Part shown: positions 24,640-36,628 of the stretch, one piece after another
How the letters are laid out: each line of letters opens with the position of its first letter
Position numbering within the stretch: position 1 is the first letter of the stretch
Assembly: GCF_044704955.1 (NCBI RefSeq)
Contig: NW_027252889.1
Location: 310,001 to 374,000, forward strand
DNA: 64,000 bases
Direction of reading: 5' to 3'
Origin: Pristiophorus japonicus
Taxonomy: Eukaryota
Notes under the pieces: model-generated
What the model saw: the letters and a program-made list of their open reading frames with translations, nothing else
What the model was told of the DNA's origin: nothing
Databases searched by the model: none
Made by a program: the position numbers and the translations under genes

Positions 24640-26868
24640 ATGTGGAATGAAGTATCCCGGAATGCTTTCCAGAGTCTTAAGCAGTCCCTCACTTCAGCAC
24701 CAGCCTTGGGATTACCAGATTACACTAAGCTATTCAACTTATTTGTGCATCACAAGTCGGGTTTTGCACAATCTGTTTTGACTCAGTTACATGGGGACAA
24801 GCAGCGACCGGTAGCATATTTCAGTACCCAACTAGACCCAGTAACACGCGGACTACCAGGATGTCTTCCTTTGTTGGCAGCAGCTTATTATGCTATGCAA
24901 CAGGCTCAGACAATAACTCTAAATCATCAGACCATTTTGTATATCCCACACTCTGTCGAGATTTTACTTACTAAATGTGCCACCCAACACCTAACCTCCG
25001 CAAGAACCACTAAATACGAGGTCGAACTGTTATCAAATCCGAACCTAATCATCAAAAGATGCACTACCTTAAATCCAGCCACTCTACTCCCCACGGATGA
25101 CGACGGCGAACCCCATTCATGTGAAATGGTAACCGAATTAGTGACTAAACCACGTATCAATCTAACAGATGTACCAATGTGTAACCCTGATCTAATGTAC
25201 TATGTTGACGGATCAGACTTACGAAATGATAGGGGCCAACTGAGAGCAGCTTATGCAATTGTAACTCAGTTTAATGTTGTCGAAACAGCCTCTCTTCCAG
25301 ACTCCTTTTCAGCCCAACAAGCCGAATTGTTTGCGTTAACTCGAGCCTGTATTCTGGCTGAAGGACACACAGTTAATATCTACACTGACTCCAGGTATGC
25401 TTTTGGGGTATCACATGACTATGGACAAATTTGGAAGATTCGCGGGTACCTGACTTCTTCAGGAACCCCTATCAAAAATGCAGAACAAGTGGAAAATCTC
25501 CTGCGAGCCATTCAATGCCCTTTGAAACTTGCCATTATCAAATGCCAAGCACATACAGGCCAGTCGAATGAGGGGGCACTTGGGAATGCCAGAGCTGATA
25601 ATGCAGCTAAGTCAGCAGCTCTGTCGAAAGGGGGGATGCAGGTGTCATTGTTCCCACTAAGGAAAAATAATTGCTCAGACCCGCCACCCACTATTAATGA
25701 CGTGCTGGCCTTTCAGACACAGGCCAGTACGGAGGAGGTGGTGACCTGGACGAAGGATCAATGTTATAAAAATCCAGAAGGAATATGGGTTCACCAGGAC
25801 GGCCGCGTGGTGGCCCCTAGATCCTTACTTCCATGGATTGCCCGATGTGTTCATACATTCACACATGCAGGCAAAGGGGGATTGGCAGATTATATTTTGG
25901 CAACTTGGTATGCACCAGGTATTTCGGCAATTGCAAAACAAATCTGTGAAAATTGTGTTACCTGTCAGACAATGAATCTGGGTAAGATGGAAAAAGTAGA
26001 ATCTGCCTCCCACCCAAATCCAGTCGGGCCTTTTGTACATTTACAAATGGATTTTATTGAATTACCTATGTGTATGGGATTCAAGTATGTATTAGTTATT
26101 GTAGATGTGTTCTCTAGATGGATTGAAGCCTTTCCATGTAAAAAGGCCGATGCCACTACTGTTGCTAAATGTTTGTTAAAAGAAATTGTACCGCGCTTCG
26201 GAATCCCTGCTAAGCTTTCCAGTGATAATGGGTCACATTTCACGGGAACTGTTATAAGAGAAATGTGTAAAGCTTTACAGATTAATCAACGTTTTCATTG
26301 CAGTTATCATCCACAATCAGCTGGACTTGTTGAAAGATATAATGGAATGCTTAAAAATAAGCTGGCAAAACTATGCAATGACACTGGACTGAAATGCACA
26401 GAACTGCTGCCCTTAGCTTTGATGGTAATGCGATCTGCAACCAACAGAACAACAGGCCTGTCACCGCATGAGATAGTTATGGGACGTCCCCAACGACTAC
26501 CTTTTACAGCACCATTTACTGCAAAACAAATGGACATCCACAAAATGGAGGAAAATATGTTGAATTATTGTATTGCACTAACCAAATGTATTTCCAGCTT
26601 TCATTCACAGGTAAAGGAAGCCCAAGTCAAGCCAGCGGAAGGGAAGTGTCATAACCTGGAGCCAGGGGAATTCGTTTACATCAAGATTTTTAAAAGGAAA
26701 AGCAGTCTACAGCCAAGATTCGAAGGACCATACCAGGTCCTGCTGGCGACCAATACTGCAATCAAGGTAAAGGAAAGACCAACATGGATCCACGCATCCC
26801 ATTGCAAACGGGCACCCGACCAGGAGGAAGGGACGAAGGAATCAGAGGAACAGAAAAAGGAAGACTGA
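24640..26868 (+). CDS. pol: Retroviral RT-connection, RNase H and integrase (742 aa, open), with no RT palm
   Basis: YVDGS, AQQAEL, YTDSRY, GNARAD (RNase H); HxxxH..CxxC, MDF, SDNG, VER (IN DDE); GPY motif. Confidence 0.92.
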   Translation: MWNEVSRNAFQSLKQSLTSAPALGLPDYTKLFNLFVHHKSGFAQSVLTQLHGDKQRPVAYFSTQLDPVTRGLPGCLPLLAAAYYAMQQAQTITLNHQTILYIPHSVEILLTKCATQHLTSARTTKYEVELLSNPNLIIKRCTTLNPATLLPTDDDGEPHSCEMVTELVTKPRINLTDVPMCNPDLMYYVDGSDLRNDRGQLRAAYAIVTQFNVVETASLPDSFSAQQAELFALTRACILAEGHTVNIYTDSRYAFGVSHDYGQIWKIRGYLTSSGTPIKNAEQVENLLRAIQCPLKLAIIKCQAHTGQSNEGALGNARADNAAKSAALSKGGMQVSLFPLRKNNCSDPPPTINDVLAFQTQASTEEVVTWTKDQCYKNPEGIWVHQDGRVVAPRSLLPWIARCVHTFTHAGKGGLADYILATWYAPGISAIAKQICENCVTCQTMNLGKMEKVESASHPNPVGPFVHLQMDFIELPMCMGFKYVLVIVDVFSRWIEAFPCKKADATTVAKCLLKEIVPRFGIPAKLSSDNGSHFTGTVIREMCKALQINQRFHCSYHPQSAGLVERYNGMLKNKLAKLCNDTGLKCTELLPLALMVMRSATNRTTGLSPHEIVMGRPQRLPFTAPFTAKQMDIHKMEENMLNYCIALTKCISSFHSQVKEAQVKPAEGKCHNLEPGEFVYIKIFKRKSSLQPRFEGPYQVLLATNTAIKVKERPTWIHASHCKRAPDQEEGTKESEEQKKED

Positions 26869-28194
26869 ATAAGGAACTGTATGGACTATGGGGACTGATG
26901 GTGCTGGGCTTGACAGGGTTTTACTTCGCATTATTGATTACACCAGGGGTACAGACCCACCACCGAAGGGAATGGCACGTAAACGTATTTATGGCACTGA
27001 GTCATAGGTATGCTCAAGAAAGAAACTTGTCGAGTTGTTGGATATGTTCCCATGTACCTGTTCACTCCAGGGGGGGTATTCCCCTGAGATCTGTCCCCTT
27101 CAACGAATCAGAAATGGTAGAATGGTTGACAGTGCAAAACAGGACAAAACTAACTAAGGGGCCAGAAACGAAGGAGCAAACAGAATGGAGGTCGGCAGGG
27201 TATAAACTTACAGCCTTCCAGGGATGGTACCAGCCCAATTATGATAATAACCATCAGCCTCCCTTCCTAAGCATTACTCCCAGAATAGGAAATCCTGAAG
27301 GTATAATATGCCTAGTGAGTAATGAAACTAAAGGACCAGAAATGGGACGCAGCAAGTGTTCCCAAATGACTAAATGGCAAGCCACAACTAATCCCACTGA
27401 GAGAAAGATAGCAACCGTTGGCTGGACAACGGTCCATAACAAAGCCCCAGGTGAAAGGTGGGAAGGTGAGACCACTCGAGTAGGGATAGTGCGAAAGGAC
27501 CAGGAGCTGACACCCTATAATTGCACCTACTTTATTTGTGGCCATAAAGCCTACCCATGGTTACCAGCCAACTGGACAGGGTCCTGTTACTTAGGATATG
27601 TGGTACCCCTTATCAGATCAGTAAGGACTCTAAGGGAGGCCTATGGAAGCCACAGATTTGAACGGGATTTGACGTGGCTAAACGGAATATTCAAGGTAAT
27701 GGTGCCACCCTATGGAATAGCATCGACCGAATGGCAGTTACGGGAACTGGCTAACTTAGTAGAATCAGTAGCCAACGCAACTTCCCAAGCCTTTGAAGGG
27801 ATAAATGATGAAATGGTAGCTATTCGAACAGTGGCTCTCCAAAATTGTATGGCCTTAGATTATCTCCTAGCCAAGGAGGGAGGAACATGCGCATTAATAG
27901 GTGAAGAATGCTGTACGTATATCCCAGATAAATCAGAAGATATCAGCAGTCTAGCTGAAAACATCGGGATGGTTGGGAGCCCTGGGGAAATCTGTGGTAC
28001 AGGGTTTAATCATATTCCTGCTGATAGTCTTCGCCCTGTATCTATTATTTGTCATCGTTAAGTGTTGCTGTGCCAGGGTGGGAGAAACTATGTTACCTAC
28101 CGAGACCACGGCTAGAGTTATGGTAGCAACAACTGCTGAAGGCTCTTGTGTGGAAATGGAAATGGAGAGACTGTACAAGATCAGAATGGATTAA
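26784..28194 (+). pseudogene. env: ERV1 env, gamma-type, with the TM anchor out of frame
   Basis: Hydrophobic signal, CWIC, RFER cleavage site, ISD LQNCMALDYLLAKEGG, CX6CC in the 425-aa ORF; hydrophobic anchor GLIIFLLIVFALYLLF lies in a separate frame (27973-28194). Confidence 0.9.
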
Positions 28195-28224
28195 GTTGTC
28201 CTTGTGAAGGACAAAATGGGGGAA

Positions 28225-28902
28225 TGTGGAAAGTATTTTTATCTAAGCTGATACCATACGGTATTTGTGTGCCTTTTGATTAAAATGTAGTCCTGGCCCT
28301 TCCAGAACTTTCTGCATTTTAGCAGTCAGCTTGCATAAACAGCTAAACCTGCTGTTAGATGGCTGATGGCCATCAGACAGCTAGGAGACAAGTCATGCTG
28401 AGACAAGTAACCCCCCCCCATGGTGCTCTCCTATTGTCTACACTACAGGAGTTCCATGTCACCCCACCCTTATCTTCTAGCCATTATCTCTTTCCGAGAC
28501 CTCATCCATTTGATGCAAACAGATAAACTGACCAGGAAATTGAAACAATCCTGACACAATACAAGACAGGTAATAGCCCATTACCTATGACTCATGGAGT
28601 AATGGCCGTTTGGCTTTCTGATAACCCTGACAAAAGGAAATATCTGGATACCATGTCAGGACCAGGATATAGTAATTAACTCTTTATCTGTATTCACTGA
28701 CTGTGAGACAGAGCAATACACAGGGAGAGGCCAGAACTTTGGTTTTACTGTATAAATATCTTGTTAAACTGAACCATTTCGGAGGTGTTCACTTAGCCCT
28801 TGACTGAGTGTGACCTACCCCTTGCGAGCAAGTAAAGATAAGAAACTTCTACCGGAGCTGTAAGTGTCGGAGTCATTCTTTTCGGAGGTCGAGATTTCGA
28901 CA
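28225..28902 (+). repeat. ERV1 3' LTR
   Basis: Follows PPT aaaatgggggaa; followed by TSD GTGG. Confidence 0.95.
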
Positions 28903-29400
28903 GTGGCCAATGGACTGCAACATGGCGGCCACTCGATTTCGCTACGTGGCCGTCGCAAAACGGCGGTAACCGGCCTTATACGGACCCTGAATTTCAGCTA
29001 GTTGTTTTAAACATATCCTGAGCTTAGCTCTTTAACATCACACTGTACTGGCCAACAGTGTCAGCCGAGCTTCTTGTGCTCAAGTCTCTGGAGAGGGACT
29101 TGACCTGAGCCATGGCTGACACACAGCAGGGAGGGGTCGAGGGGGTGGAACATTGGGTTGGAGGCAGGCCTGAAGGGCAAAAGGTGTGCTGGTGTTGGGT
29201 GGGTATCAACAGGGCTCCACGTGAGCGACAGGGCGAGCTCGGCCAGGAGCAGTGCAGCTTCCTCCAGTTAGAGGCCGACCACAAAGCCCCAGGCAGAAAA
29301 TCATCACAGAGCAGTTTAGTCAGGGGGTGGGCCATTTTATTGGGAGGTTAAAATATTCCTGCATTTTTCTATCAGTTACGTTTTAACTTGTGTTGTTTAC

Positions 29401-29461
29401 CTGTGTGTAACCAGAGGGCTCAGGGGAACATGTTTTGCAAAAGTATTTTGAGTGGTTTGAT
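29401..29461 (-). pseudogene. Candidate decayed signal-peptide exon of the V-domain gene
   Basis: (I)KPLKILLQNMFP*ALWLHT G|gtaaac; the phase-1 donor fits the V2 acceptor (G-LKASP); requires ATG>ATC and TGG>TGA decay. Confidence 0.4.
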
Positions 29462-29654
29462 TGGTTCACCTACCGTTCTTTTCTGTTGCTGGATCTAGTG
29501 TCCTGTGTGCTGTAGTTATGAAGTTCTGATTGGTTGTATCTGAAAGGATTTTTAAAAAGAGGTGTGATTTGATTGCTTCAGATTGTGTCATGTCCTGAAT
29601 CACCGACCCCGATATTAACGCAGAGACGGGAACAGAGCGCGTGGGGCGGGAACA

Positions 29655-31865
29655 GAAGAACATAAGAACATCAGAATTAGGAATAGCAGTAGGCCATCTA
29701 GCCCCTCGAGCCTGCTCCGCCATTCAATAAGATCATGGCTGATCTGGCCGTGGACTCAGCTCCACTTACCCGCCCGCTCCCCGTAACCCTTAATTCCCTT
29801 ATTGGTTAAAATTCTATCTATCTGTGACTTGAATACATTCAGTGAGCTAGCCTCAACTGCTTCCTTGGGCAGAGAATTCCACAGATTCACAACCCTCTGG
29901 GAGAAGAAATTCCTTCTCAACTCGGTTTTAAATTGGCTCCCCCGTATTTTGAGGCTGTGCCCCCTAGTTCTAGTCTCCCCCACCAGTGGAAACAACCTCT
30001 CTGCCTCTATCTTGTCTATCCCTTTCATTATTTTAAATGTTTCGATAAGATCACCTATCATCCTTCTGAACTCCAAGGAGTAAAGACCCAGTCTACTCAA
30101 TCTATCATCATAAGGTAACTCCCTCATCTCCGGAATCAGCCAAGTGAATCATCTCTGTACCCCCTCCAAAGCCAGTGACCAAAACTGCACGCAGTACTCC
30201 AGGTGTGGCCTTACCAATACCCTATACAGTTGCAGCAGGACCTCCCTGATTTTGTACTCCATCCCTCTCGCAATGAAGGCCAACATTCCATTCACCTTCC
30301 TGATTACCTGCTGTACCTGCAAACTAACTTTTTGGGATTCATGCACAAGGACCCCCAGGTCCCTCTGCACCTCAGCATGTTGTAATTTCTCCCCATTCAA
30401 ATAATATTCCCTTTTACTGTTTTTTTTTCCCAAGGTGGATGACCTCACACTTTCCGACATTGTATTCCATCTGCCAAACCTTAGCCCATTCTCTTAACCT
30501 ATCTAAATCTCTTTGCAGCCTCTCTGTGACCTCCACCCAACCCACTTTCCCACTAATCTTTGTGTCATCTGCAAATTTTGTTACACTACACTCTGTCCCC
30601 TCTTCCAGGTCATCTATGTATATTGTAAACAGTTGTGGTCCCAGCACCGATCCCTGTGGCACACCACTAACCACCGATTTCCAACCCCAAAAGGACCCAT
30701 TTATCCCGACTCTCTGCTATGTGTTAGCCAGCCAATTCTATATCCATGCTAATACATTTCCTCTGACTCTGCATTCCTCTATCTTCTGCAGTAACCTTTT
30801 GTGTGGCACCTTATCGAATGCCTTTTGGAAATCTAAATACACCACATCCATCGGTACACCTCTATCCAACATGCTCGTTATATCCTCAAAGAATTCCAGT
30901 AAATTAGTTAAACATGATTTCCCCTTCATGAATCCATGTTGTGTCTGCTTGATTGCACTATTCCTATCTAGATGTCCCGCTATTTCTTCCTTAATGATAG
31001 TTTCAAGCATTTTCCCCACTACAGATGTTAAACTAACCGGCCTATAGTTACCTGCCTTTTGTCTGCCCCCTTTTTTAAACAGAGGCGTTACATTAGCTGC
31101 TTTCCAATCCGCTGGTACCTCCCCAGAGTCCAGAGAATTTTGGTAGATTATAACGAATGCATCTGCTATAATTCCGCCATCTCTTTTAATACCCTGGGAT
31201 GCATTTCATCAGGACCAGGGGACTTGTCTACCTTGAGTCCCATTAGCCTGTCCAGCACTACCCCCCTAGTGATCGTGATTGTCTCAAGGTCCTCCCTTCC
31301 CACATTCCTGTGACCAGCAATTTTTGGCATGGTTTTTGTGTCTTCCACTGTGAAGACCGAAGCAAAATAATTGTTTAAGGTCTCAGCCATTTCCACATTT
31401 CCCATTATTAAATCCCCCTTCTCATCTTCTAAGGGACCAACATTTACATTAGTCACTCTTTTCCGTTTTATATATCTGTAAAAGCTTTTACTGTCTGTTT
31501 TTATGTTTTGCACAAGTTTACCTTCGTAATCTATCTTTCCTTTCTTTATTGTTTTTTAGTCATGCTTTGCTGTTGTTAAAAATTTTCCCAATCTTCTAGT
31601 TTCCCACTAACCTTGGCCACCTTATACGCATTGGTCTTTGATTTGATACTCTCCTTTATTTCTTCGGTTATCCATGGCTTGTTATCCCTTCTCTTACCGC
31701 CCTTCTTTTTCACTGGAATATATTTTTGTTGCGCACTATGAAAGAGCTCCTTAAAAGTCCTCCACTGTTCCTCAATTGTGCCACCGTTTAGTCTGTGTTT
31801 CCAGTCTACTTTAGCCAACTCTGCCCTCATCCCACTGTAGTCCCCTTTGTTGAAGCATAGTACGC
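29655..31865 (-). mobile_element. CR1 LINE (5'-truncated)
   Basis: KSPGPD, GVPQGSVLGP, FADDTK, RPHLEYC; (TTCTTATG)n tail. Confidence 0.92.
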
Positions 31866-31899
31866 TTGTATCTGGGATATAACGAGCGACTGTCCCGCA

Positions 31900-33120
31900 G
31901 CATCGCCAGACCAGGAAATCTGGCTGATTTTAACTGCCGGGACTCATTTGAATATAGCTCCCGGGTTCATCGTCTTCTCTGTGCATCGGTGGAAGTGACG
32001 CAGACCCGCGTGATGCAATTTCCCGGCGCCAATTCCAAGGTTCAGCTCAGCACGGAAATGGAGGAAGAGGTTCGCGCTTTCTACACAGAGGACTGAAGAA
32101 GAGGAGCTGTGAGAGGCTGCGGAAAGTGGGAAGGTTGCCGCTATGCCCCCATTTCACAGAAGCTTCCCCTGATGTTCTGCTGGGCGCTGTCAGAGCCAGG
32201 AGGGACGGGCTAGTTCCCACCGGCAGGAAAAGGAAAGCTGCTGTCACAGCTCAAGGTGTGAGTAGAGGCGACAGAAGTCAGGAGCAGGAGTGTGACCAGG
32301 AGGTTGTGGATTCAGTGCTGTTAACGGTTCAATGACTTGACTAGGTCAGGGAAGGTCAGTCGATGGCTATCTGCACCCGAATCCTCCAATGCACCCTCGC
32401 ACACCTCCTCTCATCCTCACTCCCTTCACAAGCTCATCACCCTCTTCCTCACTCCACCACTGTCAGTAACCGCAATTCTCATCTCATCTGACCTCAATCA
32501 CCTCCACCCACTCTCATTACACATCCTGAGGTGGCACCGTGACCATGTTCCTCAAAGGCATGCCATTCCCACTCCTTATGCATCTGCCTGATTCTCACCT
32601 TCACCATATGCAGTGCATCCATCGGATGCCACTCACAGGGCTGCAGGATGAAGAGAGCGCAGAATGCCAGGGAAAGGGCCAGGACCAGAGGAGGGCTGCA
32701 GGAAATTGTTAAGAGGAGGCGCTGGTGATCCGTGGCATCTCAAGCACTGTGAGCATTGGAGATGGAGAGGTTGGTGGAGCAGGGCGACTGCTTTAATCTT
32801 TCATACCTGCACCTCCCACAAAGCAACATCACCCACAGTGGGCTTCACAACATCATCACCTGATCAAGTGCTTCATGGGCATATCAACAATTACAAAGTA
32901 CCATCTCCAAATATTATCTCTTCCTTCTCGCCCCAGTGCCATCACATGAAGAACCCGAGCCACTGCCCAGGGAGGATGAAGATTCCTCGAGGACTTTATA
33001 CCTGCGGAGGATGTACCATCACAGGATACATGCATTGCAGGCACCAGTGCAGATACCAGCACCTCGGTGATTCTCACTGCACAAATCAACATGAGCAGAG
33101 TGGTGGTGAGAATGCATACT
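31900..33120 (+). mobile_element. PIF/Harbinger-derived remnant (Myb/SANT-like gene fragments)
   Basis: FTEASPDVLLGAVRARRDGL...WIQCC*RFNDLTRSGK at about 32150-32355. Confidence 0.55.
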
Positions 33121-33673
33121 GAACATGGATATTAAATGTATACAGACATTTAAGTCGAGAAGTTGAGAACGTGGGAATTATATATGGACAGTATAAGCTA
33201 ACAAAGGATTCATGACATCTCAGACTCGAGACTGCAAAATGTTACAACACTAACACATATTGAAACAAAACCCACAGCTTGCAGAAAAACCTCAAGGTCT
33301 TATTAAATCATGTTATTAACCTGAAACATTAACAGAAGGTCTTTGTTTAAAATCAGACCATACTTAGGTCGGCTTATGAGTGGACAAAGGGAAAGAGGGA
33401 TCAAAAGGGATAGGCTGAACTAGGATGTCACTCTAGCCCTATCTTGTTATCTTTTACCGAAAATGTATAACCTTCGTCCCTTTACAATGTAACGTCACTT
33501 TGTCCGTAGGACGTGAGTGCGATCTATCAGAGTTGCATTCCTTCTGTCTGATAAGGTCCCCAATCGGGATTTGCTTTTTAAATAAAAGCTTGCCTTGTTT
33601 AAAGCACAATCGGTATTCGACTCAGTGATTTCACTGAACCAGATTGAGGGAAAAGAATCCAGAAATCAACATT

Positions 33674-33691
33674 TGGTGTCAGAAGTGGGAT
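33674..33691 (+). promoter_or_regulatory. Primer-binding site, tRNA-Leu(CAA)
   Basis: TGGTGTCAGAAGTGGGAT, 2 nt after the LTR end. Confidence 0.85.
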
Positions 33692-35855
33692 CTCAACGGA
33701 CGACTGCCGAAAACTTGCGAATTAAGAGCCAGACTAGCCTTGGACGAGACGAGGGGAAAGTGGCCACTGGAGTAAGTATACTTTCAATACTGCTCCAGTT
33801 TCCCCCGGTTTCAAAAGTCTGAGGAAAGTTTAGCCACTCGCTGGTTCTCAGGTAGTGTCTGAACGAGATCCAGGACAATCTGGTGAATACCTTTCAAACT
33901 TAGAATAGGGATAGAGTTAGGGAAATTGCGCGGTGACGCAAACCAAGCGGCGACTTGGAAAGATAGGTTAGAATAGGTAAGTCTGCCTGGGTTCGAGGCC
34001 CAGAGCTTGCCTGGGTTCGAGGCCCAGTGTCTGTGTGGGTTCGAGGCCCAAGTAAAACCGCGCGGCAACGCGGAGAGAGAGAGAGAATCGCGCGAACCGC
34101 GTAGGGAAACGCGGAGGTTAGGGAATTACGTAAAATTAAGCCGCGGGACTACGCGGGACTGTGTAAATTTTAAATTGTACCTACGCCAGGTACGGCGTCG
34201 ATCTTGTACATCACTTGGTCCACCTAGACTCTGGGTAAGATAACTGAAACCACCACGGGGCGACGTGGAGACAATCAGGACTAATTAGGACCCTGATCCA
34301 ACGTGCGGCGACACAGGATGGGTAATTTAGATAAAACTACAAATTCCCTGAAAGGTCATGGATCCAAAAATAGAGCCGGCCAAAACAATTAATAGGAAAG
34401 AAGAGAGAATCTTGTGAACGTCTGTTTTAAATGAGAAATGCTTATGTGATTTTTACTGTGGAAAAGAAAGCCGGGGAGTTGTGGTTTGTTTTAGCTCCAC
34501 CCACTTTTTCAAACAAAATGAAAGTTTTTTTAACCCTTCGTAGTGTTGTCCTGTATGTGGGAAGTTTAAGAGTGTGAGCCTTATTGAATTACGTATATTC
34601 GGATGATAAGTTACGGAGCCAGGAAATGCACAAAGGATAGGTTTGTTGAGTAAAAAAAGAAAAAAATACATGGTCCCGGTGGTTAAAAAAGGATTTGACA
34701 TGCTCACTTACTTGTCGAAAGAAAACATGCAATGATTGATTACATTACAAAGTTTGAATCGGGATTTTGAGATATTCAGAGAAGGCACAGCAAAACAACT
34801 GAGATGGATTCAAAAGGATTCAAAAAAAATATATGATATTAAATCTGCAGTTTAGAAGAAATAGTATAACACAACCTTGAGGCTGGAACAATTGAGATAA
34901 CGAAAAGCAGTCCACAGCCTACGTGCCAGACTTCCCTCTAGTTGTGGAAAAGATGAAAAAAAAGACGTAACGTACTAAATAGGTGCTGAAAAAAAAATGT
35001 TCTGAGATTTTAAATTATGAGAAAAGTTCTATTGCAGTCTAAAAAAAAATGCATCACTCCTGTCGAGTTGGCAGAAAAACTCCATTAAATTAGGGCTTTC
35101 ATTGACAGAAGGAGGACATATTAAAAACCGTAGACATCTTAAAGAAAGAGTGCATGCACGAGAAATGTACTCAGAGTTCCACTGGGACCTCTGAGAAAGG
35201 TATCGATAGACTACGTAGTTAAAATGGTTGGCTTTGCATTCACTGAGGCTGATGACGAAATTGAATTTCAGTAAACAAATAGCTATTAAAAATGTGTGGT
35301 CTCGTTTTAAATCAATTAAAAAAATATCTTTGGCGAGTACTTGAATAAGAAGTTAAAAAATATTGGCGTTTAATCAAATGCTGCCTTTCCTGATGAAAAG
35401 ATTTTTTTTTCAGATGGTTACGCGAAGTCACGTAATGACATCAGGTCTTCTTACAAACCTGTAAAGGAGTTAACCCTTTCCATTGACAGCCGTTTCACAC
35501 TGAACATTATCAATTTGGATTTCTTAATAGAAAAAAGACTCACCTAACAGAGGAATGGTGCGATAGTCAGAATAAAAATAAAAACAGAACTAGCTTATGT
35601 AATAATACTTGCCTGATACAATGAAGAAATAGATACTCAAACAAAACAAATTGAAGAGTTAAAAGGCTAAGATAAATAAGCTGAAAGGGATCCACAAACC
35701 CAACTTAACCCTGACCTCCGATTTCACGGAGTGACCTCGACATGCATGGATATAATGCAGAATCAAGGGACCTGTAGGCCCTGGTAAAGCCAACCCTGAG
35801 CCCAACTGAGCAAGCCCGATTTCTAACTCACCTAGGACGTGCTACTCATGATGCA

Positions 35856-36628
35856 TTGTTGGTTGCTCACCCTAACGATGTCCAGGATCGCCTAAACACT
35901 AATGCTCTCACCACGACCCTTCAGAAGCCCATCAGTATGGCCGCAGTATTAGAAACTAAACCCAAACGAGAAGAAACTGCCGATGAATTCATGGAAAGAT
36001 TTATTGAAATATACGGAAGTCAATCAGGAGATAATGCCTTCAGGGCAGGAGAGGATTCTCCTCAATTCTGCGCTATCCTACTTCAGTGCCTGCCCTATTC
36101 GGTTGCTCACGCTATCCGGACAAATAATATGAATTGGGCAGATAACAGTAAAGACCAGATGGAAAGGGCGGTTAAATATTATTGGCAGGAAAAGAAAGGA
36201 GAGGGGGGAGGTGCGCCCCCAACCCGGGTCAAGACTGAATACGTGACTAGAAAGGAAGAGCCGCCTCGGGTGGAAGGACCAAAACCCGACCCAAGGGGAT
36301 ACCAGATGGAACCGCAGTGTTGCGTGCAGGGTTGGTGGATAAACAGGGATACGGTTATATCAAACACCCAAATGGCCCGGGCCCTGCTAATTACGGACCG
36401 CCCTACTGTCCCCGGCCTGGTATGGGAAGAGGTCGGGGCTGGGAAAGACGAGATGGATGCTTTATTTGTGGGCAAGAAGGACATTGAAATAGAAATTGTC
36501 CCTCCCGTCAGCACGAAAAAGGAAGAGGAGGAAGAGGAGTGGGGCAAGGGGGGAGAGGACGGGGATCTTACACTAACTTCTCCCAGAACAACCCCTTTGG
36601 CCAACCGTCCCCCGATTATTCGTATTGA
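35856..36628 (+). pseudogene. gag: ERV2 gag C-terminal part (CA and zinc knuckle)
   Basis: MHR-like KPKREETADEFMERF; in another frame GCFICGQEGH*NRNC; ends TGA at 36626-36628. Confidence 0.75.

Larger units (their letters stand above)
21889..28902 (+). mobile_element. ERV1: class-I (gamma/epsilon-like) endogenous retrovirus, non-autonomous (most of gag, all of pro and the RT core missing)
   Basis: LTRs 21889-22565 and 28225-28902 (TG...CA, only about ten differences by eye); 4-bp TSD GTGG; PBS; PPT; RNaseH-IN and env ORFs. Confidence 0.95.
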
